Shown in pieces: positions 47,262 through 56,155 of a stretch of 64,000 nucleotides of DNA. Origin of the DNA: Elusimicrobiota bacterium. Lineage in GTDB: Bacteria > Elusimicrobiota > Elusimicrobia > UBA1565 > JACRDR01. Within the stretch, counting starts at the first letter, position 1. Each line of letters starts with the position of its first letter. The DNA lies in contig JBGFSC010000049.1 in assembly GCA_041694815.1 (NCBI GenBank), positions 49,281 to 113,280 of the forward strand, read 5' to 3'. The notes below the pieces were generated by a model. It ran no database searches, was not told where the DNA came from, and saw only the letters and a program-made list of their open reading frames with translations. Made by a program: the position numbers and the translations under genes.

Positions 47262-48224
47262 TCATGCCATCGCCGCGCCCATCTGCTTGCGCATTCCTCC
47301 CAAGAGGCCTTCCATCGGCGAGAACTTCTTGTGCTGCTCGGCGATGTCGCGACGCGCCAGGTGGACGTAATGCCGGGTCATCTCCAAGGTCGAATGCCCG
47401 AGAATTTCCTGCAGACTGAAGGTGTCCCCGCCGTTGCGGACATAGAAGACCGCGAACGTATGGCGCAGCGTGTGCGGCGAGACCCGAACGCCCTGGATGC
47501 CGGCCTGCCTGCCGTAGCGGTTGATGGACTTCCGAATCCGTCCTCTCTCCAACGCCTTGCCCGTACGGCCCACGAAAAAGTGAGTGCCTCCAGGGAAGCG
47601 CTGCGCGCGTACGCGGGAATATTCCAGGAGTGCCTGGCAAGTCTTGGCCGAAAAAGGCACGCTCCGCTCCTTGCGGCCTTTACCCATGACTGTAAGGGTG
47701 CAACTCATCCATTCGATGCGGCTCGTTTCCAGAGAAAGAGCCTCCGAAATGCGCAGACCCGAGTCGATCATGAGCATCATGAGAGCGCGATCTCGCAAGC
47801 CGATGAGTGTCGAAGCATCTGGCTGCTCGATCAGCTTGGAAGCTTGATCGGCGGTCAACGGCCTGATCAGGTGTTTCTCCTTGCGCGGCCGCTCGACCAA
47901 AACCATAGGGTTGCGGCTCAAAAGCCCTTCGCGATGCCAGAATTGAAAGGTGCAGCGCAAGGCGCCAAAGGTACGGTAAACCGTCTGAGAGGACTGCCCG
48001 CGACGTCGAAGATGCGATAAAAATTCCCGCAGGTGCATCGGCTCGACGGCTGATAGCTCCTGAATCGAGTTGGCCGCTAGAAACTCTCCCAGGTTGCGCA
48101 GAATATTCTCGTACCAGGCCAAGGTCCCATCGACAAGGTTGAGGGCGGCGCAGCGCGAAAGAAACGTGATTCGGGCTTCTTTTATCGACACTGTCGCGCC
48201 TTTTGGTTGGTCAAAAGATTTCAT
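47262..48224 (-). CDS. Tyrosine recombinase/integrase (XerD-like)
   Basis: GLRISE, GKGRKER, HTLRHTFA and LGH....T.HY catalytic residues all present. Confidence 0.95.
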   Translation of the reverse strand: MKSFDQPKGATVSIKEARITFLSRCAALNLVDGTLAWYENILRNLGEFLAANSIQELSAVEPMHLREFLSHLRRRGQSSQTVYRTFGALRCTFQFWHREGLLSRNPMVLVERPRKEKHLIRPLTADQASKLIEQPDASTLIGLRDRALMMLMIDSGLRISEALSLETSRIEWMSCTLTVMGKGRKERSVPFSAKTCQALLEYSRVRAQRFPGGTHFFVGRTGKALERGRIRKSINRYGRQAGIQGVRVSPHTLRHTFAVFYVRNGGDTFSLQEILGHSTLEMTRHYVHLARRDIAEQHKKFSPMEGLLGGMRKQMGAAMA

Positions 48225-48678
48225 TGAATCGTCTCCAATAACTCACTGCGGTTTTGTGGATGTGGTCGCAAATCAACTGCGCCAAGTCGCCAGAATCCCG
48301 GAGCAGATGGAAGGGAATTCCTGGGTGCGAGAAGATCGCATCCACGCAGCTATTAACGACGTCCGTGGATGTCAAGGCGTCCCGACCGCCATGGAGCCTG
48401 CCTGAATTGAATTCCTTGCGGATGCGGTCGATCTCCTGCACGTGCTCCATCCTCAAAACGATTGGCCTGCCTTTAAATCCATAGAAGACGTCATCGAACT
48501 TCTTAACGCGCCATGTGGCGGTTGCCGGAAGCACGGCAAGCTGCTTCTTATGGACTTGCGTTACGGGCGCTTTGCTCATCCATGGGGAAGGCGGCGCCGG
48601 TGGAAGCGGCCGGTTGAGCCTTTTTTCGATCGCCTCGATCTCGCTTAATATCTCCTCAAGACTTTTTGTTCGATTCAC
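48211..48678 (-). CDS. Hypothetical protein
   Basis: aggagggg RBS before GTG; overlaps the integrase start. Confidence 0.55.
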   Translation of the reverse strand: MNRTKSLEEILSEIEAIEKRLNRPLPPAPPSPWMSKAPVTQVHKKQLAVLPATATWRVKKFDDVFYGFKGRPIVLRMEHVQEIDRIRKEFNSGRLHGGRDALTSTDVVNSCVDAIFSHPGIPFHLLRDSGDLAQLICDHIHKTAVSYWRRFNEIF

Positions 48679-49291
48679 TCTTCCCCTCCTTTTCAATTGG
48701 CGCAATCTCTAGTTTCCGATCGAGGTAGACGAGGCAGCGCGTAAATGCCGGAATCCAAATGGACGTATCAATACGCTCGTTGCTCAGGTCGATGGCCCTT
48801 ACGGTCTCTTGCGCGGCGGACTGACTGGCCGAAACGGTTATGGGATCGGCCGCCTGAGCCGCGATTGCGGCGGTGCCGGAGATTGCTCCCTTAAGGGCCG
48901 CCGACGCGACCAAGGAATCCTTGTGCTGCTCCACCTTGCCCTTGATGCCGGCCGAGCCATCCGGGGAAAGCCCGATCCCCGCAAGCGGAATCTCCCGGCC
49001 GTCGGGCAGAACGGCGAGACTAAAGTCGATATTGACCCTGTCATGACTCTTAAGGATCAGGGCTCGCCCCAGCAGCTTGGTTTTGTCCGGCAGGACCGTT
49101 CGATCGTTGAAGACCGCGGCGCCGTCTAATTCCGCGATGACCGGGGTTGCAAGGTTGTAAGAGAATATCGCATTGATCAGGGTGACCCTCAGCATTGTTC
49201 CCGTTGGTAGAAACGGCGGGGGCTGAGACTACGGCCCGGCCAGGGCTGTTTGCAGCGGCAACAGGGTTAAGCAGAGGGCCAAGATTTTCAT
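48656..49291 (-). pseudogene. TrbI/VirB10-like protein with an in-frame TAG at codon 21
   Basis: MKILALCLTLLPLQTALAGP*SQPPPFLPTGTMLRV..PVIA..LP..TKLLG..LPDGREI..DGSAGIKG. Confidence 0.65.
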
Positions 49292-50007
49292 CAGGGCAGC
49301 TCCAGACGGCATTTGAAAGGCTGAAGATTAGCCGCCGAAACGCTCAATTCAGCCCTTTTTGGCTTCTCACCGAAAATGACGACGCCGCGGGCGCCTACGT
49401 TTGATTCAATCACCCGGCGTTCGATTAAAACCTGCATCGTCGCCGGCCCCGTGACCTGGGGCAGATAGATCGAGCGATGCGATTCGTTTTTAAGTTCGAA
49501 ATGAAGCATCTTGTTTGAAACCTCATGCGCCACGAAGGTCAGACCGGCGGACTCGCAACTGCGCTCGAGTATCTCGCGCGCCGGGTCCTTCCGGATGCTC
49601 TCAAGCAAATCCCAGAACCTCGACTCGCGTGGCGATTCATGTTTCGCTTCGGCGATTTGAGGCGCCGCATCATCAGCAGACTCTGGAACCTGCGGACGAT
49701 GTTTAATCCGTTTTCCAGCCTCATGCTCCTTCACCTTTACAGTTTCACTGCTGGCCGCAGGCGCGGGCTCCTCGGATCGTGACTCGAAGCCGATGTCAAC
49801 GTATTCGATTTTGCTTATAGCCTGCGCCGGGACCGTATAGGCCGGAGATTTAAGGGCAACCACTACTTGCCCAAGGATGCAAAGCGCAAGGAATACGGAT
49901 AGCCATCGCAGGAAGAGGTTCTCGCGCTTAATGTCTAAAATCGATTCTAACCCTCCTTCAGGGTCTCGCGAAGGCCTCAATTTATGAAGGGTGTCGATGA
50001 TTTTCAT
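49291..50007 (-). CDS. Bitopic membrane protein, probable T4SS component
   Basis: N-terminal TM after RENLFLR; coupled between the VirB6-like and VirB10-like genes. Confidence 0.55.
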   Translation of the reverse strand: MKIIDTLHKLRPSRDPEGGLESILDIKRENLFLRWLSVFLALCILGQVVVALKSPAYTVPAQAISKIEYVDIGFESRSEEPAPAASSETVKVKEHEAGKRIKHRPQVPESADDAAPQIAEAKHESPRESRFWDLLESIRKDPAREILERSCESAGLTFVAHEVSNKMLHFELKNESHRSIYLPQVTGPATMQVLIERRVIESNVGARGVVIFGEKPKRAELSVSAANLQPFKCRLELP

Positions 50008-51535
50008 CTTTCTTTTTCCCTCCGGCGGTCATCTTTTGCGCAGCCCAGTGGCGGGCCTTCGCCAAACCCGCATTTCCGGCGGAAACGGTGCCGATCGCCT
50101 TTTCGGCGATATGCCCCGACATCAGAAGGTGGGTGAAATAGGGGCATGTGACCGAAAAGATCGCAAAGACCACATTGACGACGAGGCTTGCGAAAATGGG
50201 CTTCATCGTCGATCCCGATGGGGTCAGCATCCCGGAGATGCCGGAATTAAGCATTACCAGCACCAAAATCCGCATGAAGAGGCCCCAAAGCCCCACCTGA
50301 ACCGCCGCCAGCAGCCAACCCTTGGTCATTCCGCGCAGCGGCTCAAAGAGTGAGCAGACGATCATGAGAGGCCCCACGGCATAGATGAGGCAGAAGAAAG
50401 CGAAACGAACCCAGAGAAATACGATCAAAATGATCCAGGTCATGTATCCCAAGAGCAAGGACAGGCCGCGCATGGTCCAGCTCGTTCCGAACATGGCGTA
50501 ATCGCTCAGACTCGTTTGGGACGTCATTTGAAGGGCAGTGCTTGCGATGGATTGCCCCGAGCTGATCGTCTGCTCCATCGTGTCCATCAGGATCGAATAG
50601 GCGACGAAAACCTTGTCGTAGAAGATCAGCCCGAATACCACGAGCACGAGAGGCAGGCCGAGCACTTCGGGAATAAATCCCTTGGTTTGAGAAAACTCGT
50701 AAATGAGTCCTGCGGCCAAGAGAAGGCCGAGGAGCATCGCCACCAGGCGCGAGACCAATCGCCGCGTGGGCAGCAGAAGCGCCGGCGTCCGGGAGAGTCT
50801 CACCATATAGAAGGACTCCTCAAGCGCCGCCGCGACTCCCTTTCGATCCAAAAGGAATTTCAAGGCTTCGTTGATCTCCTTGCCGAGCTGGATCTCGGTC
50901 TTTTTTTCCTTGGCGGCTTGGGCCAGCTGCAGGTTCACAAGCTCGTTTAAGGCCTCCAAGGAATCAGAGAACGCCTGCAGCTCCAGCCCCTGAGCCTTGG
51001 CGTTCAAATCAGGCGCCACGGAGGCGATCCTGACCCCCTCGGTCCTGCCGGCTTGGCCGCGCAGGCGCCTCAAGCGAATGCGCTCGCCGGCAATCTTCAG
51101 GGCCTCGGCATAGGCCGCGGTTTCCTGATCCAAGGCCGTGCCGTAGCGGTCGACGACGGCCAGTCCCTTCCTTTCTACGGATCGCCGCATGCCTCTTTTA
51201 AGTTCATCGATATCGCGATCAATCGGCGAATCGCCTCGATACGCGAAGGCCGCCTCGAATGAGTCCTTTTCCTCCTCCGCCATCTGCTTGGCTTTGAGTC
51301 CTAGGTCGGAGGCGATATTTCGGACGAGACCCCGGCCTTCGTTGAGGCGCTTTACTTCCTTGTAGATGCTCATGGAGGCGTCATAGTTCTGCTTGGCGGC
51401 GATGATGAGCTGGACAAGCTGGTTTTCGATGATGCGGTTGTGGGCCTCGTCCTTGACGGTCCGAGCGCCGCTGACGACGGCATCGATAAAGGCCCACGAA
51501 GACTGCGAGTAGAATAAAAACATCAGGAAAATCAT
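49982..51535 (-). CDS. VirB6/TrbL-like membrane protein with N-terminal exported coiled-coil (VirB5/TrbJ-like) region
   Basis: Signal peptide, helical N-half, multi-TM C-half with R......Y.VGPL......F......KGW. Confidence 0.65.
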   Translation of the reverse strand: MIFLMFLFYSQSSWAFIDAVVSGARTVKDEAHNRIIENQLVQLIIAAKQNYDASMSIYKEVKRLNEGRGLVRNIASDLGLKAKQMAEEEKDSFEAAFAYRGDSPIDRDIDELKRGMRRSVERKGLAVVDRYGTALDQETAAYAEALKIAGERIRLRRLRGQAGRTEGVRIASVAPDLNAKAQGLELQAFSDSLEALNELVNLQLAQAAKEKKTEIQLGKEINEALKFLLDRKGVAAALEESFYMVRLSRTPALLLPTRRLVSRLVAMLLGLLLAAGLIYEFSQTKGFIPEVLGLPLVLVVFGLIFYDKVFVAYSILMDTMEQTISSGQSIASTALQMTSQTSLSDYAMFGTSWTMRGLSLLLGYMTWIILIVFLWVRFAFFCLIYAVGPLMIVCSLFEPLRGMTKGWLLAAVQVGLWGLFMRILVLVMLNSGISGMLTPSGSTMKPIFASLVVNVVFAIFSVTCPYFTHLLMSGHIAEKAIGTVSAGNAGLAKARHWAAQKMTAGGKKKDENHRHPS

Positions 51536-51551
51536 AGAAATGCGCAAGAAC

Positions 51552-51580
51552 TTGATTCGCCGAGGCAAGTCTGTTAAACT
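51552..51580 (+). promoter_or_regulatory. Sigma70-type promoter of the TA pair
   Basis: TTGATT-17 bp-TAAACT. Confidence 0.6.
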
Positions 51581-51596
51581 TGAAACAGGAGACAAT

Positions 51597-51812
51597 ATGG
51601 CGCGCCTTGCACTACCACACGTGGAGTACATCGCCTCCTTCAACGGCAAGCCGAAGGCTGTCATTCTCGATTTGAAGGATTGGGAACGTATTACCGAGAC
51701 CCTAAAAATTCTTTCCAACAAAGAGTTCACCGCTTCCATCCAGCGCGCCCGCAAGCAGCTTCGCCAAAAAGCGCGGCTTTTAACTCACAAAGAGGTCTTC
51801 CACAGTCTATAA
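51597..51812 (+). CDS. Phd/YefM-type antitoxin
   Basis: aggaga RBS; NGKPKAVIL..DWERITETLKILS. Confidence 0.85.
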   Translation: MARLALPHVEYIASFNGKPKAVILDLKDWERITETLKILSNKEFTASIQRARKQLRQKARLLTHKEVFHSL

Positions 51813-52092
51813 GCCGCTTTACCTCCCTGAGTTTCTTGAGCAGGCCGAGAAATACCGGCATCTCAAAAAACTTCTTGAAAAAAAGATCAAGCAGATTTCC
51901 CAGGCGCCTTATATCGCCTGCAAGAGCGAGCCATTGGTCGGGCCCCTCAAAGGCTTGCGCTCCGCGCACCTGACTTATTCCTTGCGCATCATTTTTTCGG
52001 TGGTAGAAGAGACAGGAAAACCCGCCAACCTTCCTCCGAAGACCCTTATATTCCATTCTGTTGGTACTCACGAAGAAGTCTACAGGGCATAG
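51805..52092 (+). CDS. RelE/YafQ-type toxin lacking a canonical start codon (not in the ORF track)
   Basis: VYKPLYLPEF..EPLVGPLKGLRSAHLTYSLRIIF..SVGTHEEVYRA*; in-frame TAA at 51781; GTC 9 nt after AGAGG. Confidence 0.75.
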   Translation, partial: VYKPLYLPEFLEQAEKYRHLKKLLEKKIKQISQAPYIACKSEPLVGPLKGLRSAHLTYSLRIIFSVVEETGKPANLPPKTLIFHSVGTHEEVYRA

Positions 52093-52135
52093 ATGGGCTC
52101 CTGCTTGGCCAGGGCTTTAATCACCGATAGCGGAT
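52080..52135. repeat. Direct repeat copy A of the virB4 3' end
   Basis: 50/56 nt identical to 52898-52953; encodes PLSVIKALAKQEPIYAL* on minus strand. Confidence 0.9.
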
Positions 52136-52198
52136 GGGCAATCCCTTCCCTGCGGTCAAGAACTTCCCTGGCCTTGCCGATATTCCGTATTTCTGTTA

Positions 52199-52215
52199 TC
52201 ATTACTATGTAATGA
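52199..52215. promoter_or_regulatory. Palindromic operator candidate for the RHH antitoxin
   Basis: tcattac-tat-gtaatga just upstream of the ggagg RBS. Confidence 0.6.
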
Positions 52216-52233
52216 CACCATGGAGGCAACGCT

Positions 52234-52476
52234 ATGGAACGTAATACGGCACAGTGGACGGTCAGCCTTCCCCCTCCGCTTTCCAGAAAGGCGCTCAAGA
52301 TTGCCAAGGCGGAGTCGCGCAGCAAGTCTGAGCTTATCCGGGAGGCCTTGAGGACCTATCTTGGCCGAAGGGAGAGGTTTAACCAGTTGCGGCAAAAACT
52401 GGCCAAAAATCTGGAAGAAAAGGGAATCAAGACCCTGGAAGATGTTGAGCGCATGATTGATGAAGGGCGAGCCTAA
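52234..52476 (+). CDS. Ribbon-helix-helix (CopG-like) antitoxin
   Basis: TVSLP..L......AK.E.RSKSELIREALR.YL. Confidence 0.88.
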   Translation: MERNTAQWTVSLPPPLSRKALKIAKAESRSKSELIREALRTYLGRRERFNQLRQKLAKNLEEKGIKTLEDVERMIDEGRA

Positions 52477-52894
52477 GCGGCTCCGCGTCGTACTCGACAC
52501 CAACATCCTCATCTCGGCGCTGGGGCATAGGGGTCTCGGAACCAGGCGGATTTGGGATCTAGTGGAGGAGGATCGATTCGAGGTCTTTCTCTCCCCGTTT
52601 ATTCTTGAAGAGTTCGAGCGCAACTTGCCGAAGAAGGCGGCTCTGACTATCGAGGAGGCTGCCGAGCTAGTGGCGTACGTCAAAGACTTCGCGACAATCA
52701 TTGAGCCGGCTCGGCATATCTCCATCATCCATGAGAAGGACTCGGATAACCGTATTCTAGAATGCGCGGTTAAAGCTAAAGCGGATATTCTCGTGACCGG
52801 CAATATGCACCATATTCGGCCGCTCGGCACTTTCCAGGGCATTGAAATCCTAAGACCCGGCGAATTCTTGAACAAGTATTTCCCCGAGATATAA
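52457..52894 (+). CDS. PIN-domain (VapC-like) toxin
   Basis: RVVLDTNILISAL, ILEEF and D..DNRILECAV...ADILVTGN motifs. Confidence 0.9.
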   Translation: MMKGEPKRLRVVLDTNILISALGHRGLGTRRIWDLVEEDRFEVFLSPFILEEFERNLPKKAALTIEEAAELVAYVKDFATIIEPARHISIIHEKDSDNRILECAVKAKADILVTGNMHHIRPLGTFQGIEILRPGEFLNKYFPEI

Positions 52895-52897
52895 GAA

Positions 52898-55300
52898 CTA
52901 CGCGGCATAGACTGGCTCCTGCTTGGCCAAGGCTTTAATTACCGATAGCGGATCGTCAGACCGGACGGCCGTCATTTGGGCTTCCTTGGCGCACTCCTCG
53001 GCATTGGTGGTCGCCAGCCAATACTCCAGCGAGCTCGGCTGAATCCGTAAAACCCTCGAACGCTCCCCGAAGACCACCAGCATCTCCGAGTAAGAGCGTT
53101 TTTTCATGGCCAAGGACTTTATCGCCTCGATCTGCCTGTCATTGAGGCCAAACCCAGATAGCTGCTCGTGCCCCATGTCCAGCCGCAGGAAGACTTTCCA
53201 GTAAGAGTTCGCCAGCATCGCGGTCGAGGCCGCCGATTTCAAGAAATCGACCGGGCTCTGGGAGACGGACAGAATCGCCGCGTTGAATTTGCGTGCAGTC
53301 CGATAGAGCCTAGAGATCAGCTCTGAGGCGGTCGGATCGTTGAAGAATTCCCAGGCCTCGTCCAAGACGACCACTTTCTTAGCCGCCCTGTCCTTCATTT
53401 GCTGGCCCAGCCCGAAGCCGATTAAAAACACGATAATCGCCTGGAGGCATTTGTGCTCCTTGAGGCCGGCCAGATCAAAAACGGTGAACCTTCCCACAAA
53501 AGGCCGCACGGCGCTCGGCCGATTGAGTATTTGTCCGTAGATGCCGTCGGTGTAGAATCTCAGGGCCCGGGCAATTTCCAGGGCGTCGGCTCGATCGACC
53601 GGATCGTCGCCCGACTTTTCCAGGACTGTGCGCAGATCCCGAAGTAGAGGGGCCTCCTTGCATTCCGACTGGTAGAGCTCTTTAAGCGCCGCCTCGATGA
53701 TCCGCTTTTTGTTCTGGTCGCTTTTCTCCAGCATCTTTTCAATAAGAAGGCAGAGGTAGCCCAGCATATCGGGATCGAAGCTGTTATCTTCGCCTACAAG
53801 CGTTTGCCTCTCGGGAAAAGGATTGATTGCGAATTTCTCGGATAAGGTCAGCTCGAAATAATCGCCTCCCAGGGCTTTGCAAAGGCGCCTGTAGCTTCCG
53901 CCGATGTCGATGACGGTGAAACTGGCGGCAGGCTCCATGACGAAGAGGCTGCCTACGAGATAGTTCATGGCGAAGCTCTTGCCGGAGCCGGTAGAGCCGA
54001 TCACGATGCCATGCCGCGGCGTTCCGCCCTCGAAGGGATCAACGCAGACAAGCTCCCCTTCGCGGCTTTTTAGTAGCACCCCGGAAGACGAGGATGAGCC
54101 CGGCCACGGTGCCGACAGCGGTACTAGATGCGCGCAGGCCTCGCCGGTCAACGTATGCCGCCTTGGGGGTAGTTGCGGGCCGAGCGGCAAGGTCGAGCAA
54201 AAGAGGCGCTTGTGCAAAAAGTCCTCGGTGATGGCTTCAGCACCCAGGCATTCGCGAATTTGCATTTGAAGTTTATTGGCTTTTTCCTTTACTGCCTTAA
54301 GATCCCGGTCTTGGACCAAACCGCTCATCGAGAACAGATAAAGCCGCTCGCCTTTGGACCGGACCAGGGTGATGAGCTCATCGAGCTCGGAACTTCTGGC
54401 GACGGCCTCGTAATTCTTCGTTCCCTGTAGAAAGGAAAGCCCAAGTGCGCGCCGGGCGTTGGACTTGGCCAGATCGAGCGCGGCTTCAAGCTCTAGCGCC
54501 ATAAAATTGAAAGCCAAGATCGTATCGTCTGGGGCGCCGGCGATGAGGCGGTCGACGCCTCCGAGCTCAATTTGATCGCCCAGCGCAAAGAGGCTGACCG
54601 CGCGGTGATAGCGGCCGTCAAGCCAGAAGGCCTCTTTTTGCTCCTCGGCGGGGCTTGCGGCCATTTGGCTTCTGGGGGTCAGCCATGGCCGCAACCCGCC
54701 AAAGCCAATGCCCCTTCCGGCCTTTCCGGGGTTGAGTCGCTTCCAATAGAGGTCCAAGACCTTCTCGCGTCCCAGCTTTTCCAGTCGCAATTCCATCCCC
54801 TGCGCCTGAATCGCCAGCATGCCGTCGATTGTGGCGAGCTGCGATTTAAGTTCCTCGTATCCGCTGAGGATGCGTCTCTTAGGAAAGAAGAAATTGCTCA
54901 AAAGCGGCGTTTTCAGAAAATCCTTGGGATGGACGCTCAAGCATAGATGGATCGTCTTAAGCCTCTGCCTGCTTCCCAGGCTCGATAATTTAGAACGCAG
55001 GATGGCGCTTACAACCTTGTCACCATTCAGCTCTTGCTGGATAGCCGCGACATGCGGGTTGAGTGAAGCACCGACCTCGACTAAGACGCTCATCGAAGTA
55101 CGCGCCGGCATTGTTTCGAGCAGCCGGCTTGCATTTCGGATCCATTGCTCCTGGCCGCTGTCATGCAGCAGCGTAACGTCTTGCGAGGGAAGAACCGAAT
55201 AGATAAAGCCCAATTCGCCCGAACAGCCCATCAGCATCCCGTCCGGGCCGATATCCCAAAGATTTATGTACTCAAAGAGCTTCCCGGTTTTAGGCATCAT
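52898..55300 (-). CDS. virB4: VirB4/TraC family T4SS ATPase
   Basis: GSTGSGKS Walker A, IDIGGSY, INPF, VLDEAW Walker B, RTARKFN and SQS motifs. Confidence 0.92.
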   Translation of the reverse strand: MMPKTGKLFEYINLWDIGPDGMLMGCSGELGFIYSVLPSQDVTLLHDSGQEQWIRNASRLLETMPARTSMSVLVEVGASLNPHVAAIQQELNGDKVVSAILRSKLSSLGSRQRLKTIHLCLSVHPKDFLKTPLLSNFFFPKRRILSGYEELKSQLATIDGMLAIQAQGMELRLEKLGREKVLDLYWKRLNPGKAGRGIGFGGLRPWLTPRSQMAASPAEEQKEAFWLDGRYHRAVSLFALGDQIELGGVDRLIAGAPDDTILAFNFMALELEAALDLAKSNARRALGLSFLQGTKNYEAVARSSELDELITLVRSKGERLYLFSMSGLVQDRDLKAVKEKANKLQMQIRECLGAEAITEDFLHKRLFCSTLPLGPQLPPRRHTLTGEACAHLVPLSAPWPGSSSSSGVLLKSREGELVCVDPFEGGTPRHGIVIGSTGSGKSFAMNYLVGSLFVMEPAASFTVIDIGGSYRRLCKALGGDYFELTLSEKFAINPFPERQTLVGEDNSFDPDMLGYLCLLIEKMLEKSDQNKKRIIEAALKELYQSECKEAPLLRDLRTVLEKSGDDPVDRADALEIARALRFYTDGIYGQILNRPSAVRPFVGRFTVFDLAGLKEHKCLQAIIVFLIGFGLGQQMKDRAAKKVVVLDEAWEFFNDPTASELISRLYRTARKFNAAILSVSQSPVDFLKSAASTAMLANSYWKVFLRLDMGHEQLSGFGLNDRQIEAIKSLAMKKRSYSEMLVVFGERSRVLRIQPSSLEYWLATTNAEECAKEAQMTAVRSDDPLSVIKALAKQEPVYAA

Positions 55301-55562
55301 TTTTGATTTCCAGCTCGCATAAGAGCCTTTTAGGGGAGCCCCGGTAGCTCAAATAGGCACTGGTAAAACCTTCGGGCTTTTTAGCTTTGACCTGGCTCAT
55401 CCAGGCCCAAAGCGCCGAGACCAACGCTCCATTGAGGAGCAAGCTACTGCTCACGGAGAACACGAGCCCTGTCACCGCCGCCAGGGCTCCCCAATCACCC
55501 ACCTCGAGGCCCAATATGCGAATCTTGGCCGAGATGTTCCGGTACGTTTTAGTAGCCGACAA
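55290..55562 (-). CDS. VirB3/TraL-like small membrane protein
   Basis: ILGLE..D, two TMs, KPEGF; lies between the pilin-like gene and virB4. Confidence 0.7.
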   Translation of the reverse strand: MSATKTYRNISAKIRILGLEVGDWGALAAVTGLVFSVSSSLLLNGALVSALWAWMSQVKAKKPEGFTSAYLSYRGSPKRLLCELEIKNDA

Positions 55563-55842
55563 CGCCTGCCGCCTGCACTATCAGCTTGACGAGGGTGAAG
55601 GTGAACATGATCCCCAAACCTCCCAGGATCGCGTTCCTCGCCGTGCGCATGCCGTCCTCATCGCCCGCCGCATGGGCCACGAAGCCGCGAACGAGGCCGT
55701 AGCCCAACACCGGCGTTCCGACGATCGTGATGATGAGCCGCAGCACCTCATTGATGCCGCGCACGACCGTCGTCTCCGACTGGGCGAAGGCAGGCGAGCA
55801 GCAGATGAGCAGGCCCGCAGCCAGCCATGCGGCCTTCTTCAC
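55549..55842 (-). CDS. VirB2/TrbC-like pilin
   Basis: Signal peptide ending PAFAQ plus two hydrophobic helices; aggaggagg RBS. Confidence 0.75.
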   Translation of the reverse strand: MKKAAWLAAGLLICCSPAFAQSETTVVRGINEVLRLIITIVGTPVLGYGLVRGFVAHAAGDEDGMRTARNAILGGLGIMFTFTLVKLIVQAAGVVGY

Positions 55843-56141
55843 TGAAACACCTCCTCCTTCTTGGCGATCCGGCCGTTGTAGACCTCCATCACGGCGTCTC
55901 TGAGATGCTTCTGGCTTTCCTTGGTGACGGGCCAGAAGATGTCCTGGTAAGTCCCGTCCTTGAGCTTGCGGCTGGGCATCGAGACGAACAGGCCTCCCTG
56001 CTTTCCTTCCACGACGCGGACTCCGCGCACGGCGAACTGCTCGCCGATGAGGATTGCCGCCACCGCCTTGGTCGACCTGCTTTCGCCGTTAGGCGGCTCC
56101 ATCGAGCTTACGCGTACTGCCGGCAACGTCTGTTGGGTCAT
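55839..56141 (-). CDS. spoVG: SpoVG family nucleic acid-binding protein
   Basis: VRGVRVVEG...LFVSMPSRK...G.Y.DI..PV; ggagg RBS. Confidence 0.85.
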   Translation of the reverse strand: MTQQTLPAVRVSSMEPPNGESRSTKAVAAILIGEQFAVRGVRVVEGKQGGLFVSMPSRKLKDGTYQDIFWPVTKESQKHLRDAVMEVYNGRIAKKEEVFQ

Positions 56142-56155
56142 TTGCGCCTCCGTTT

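Noticed and set aside
47167..47640. N-terminal extension of the 393-aa ORF
   Set aside because: It overlaps the integrase in another frame; the AbiEi-like domain and a -10 box support a start at 47166.
51536..51754. N-terminal extension of the 590-aa ORF
   Set aside because: It is antisense to the Phd antitoxin; the signal peptide begins at 51535.
52080..52325. 81-aa ORF as a real gene
   Set aside because: Only its tail is meaningful (the duplicated virB4 end); the rest is antisense to the RHH gene and its promoter.
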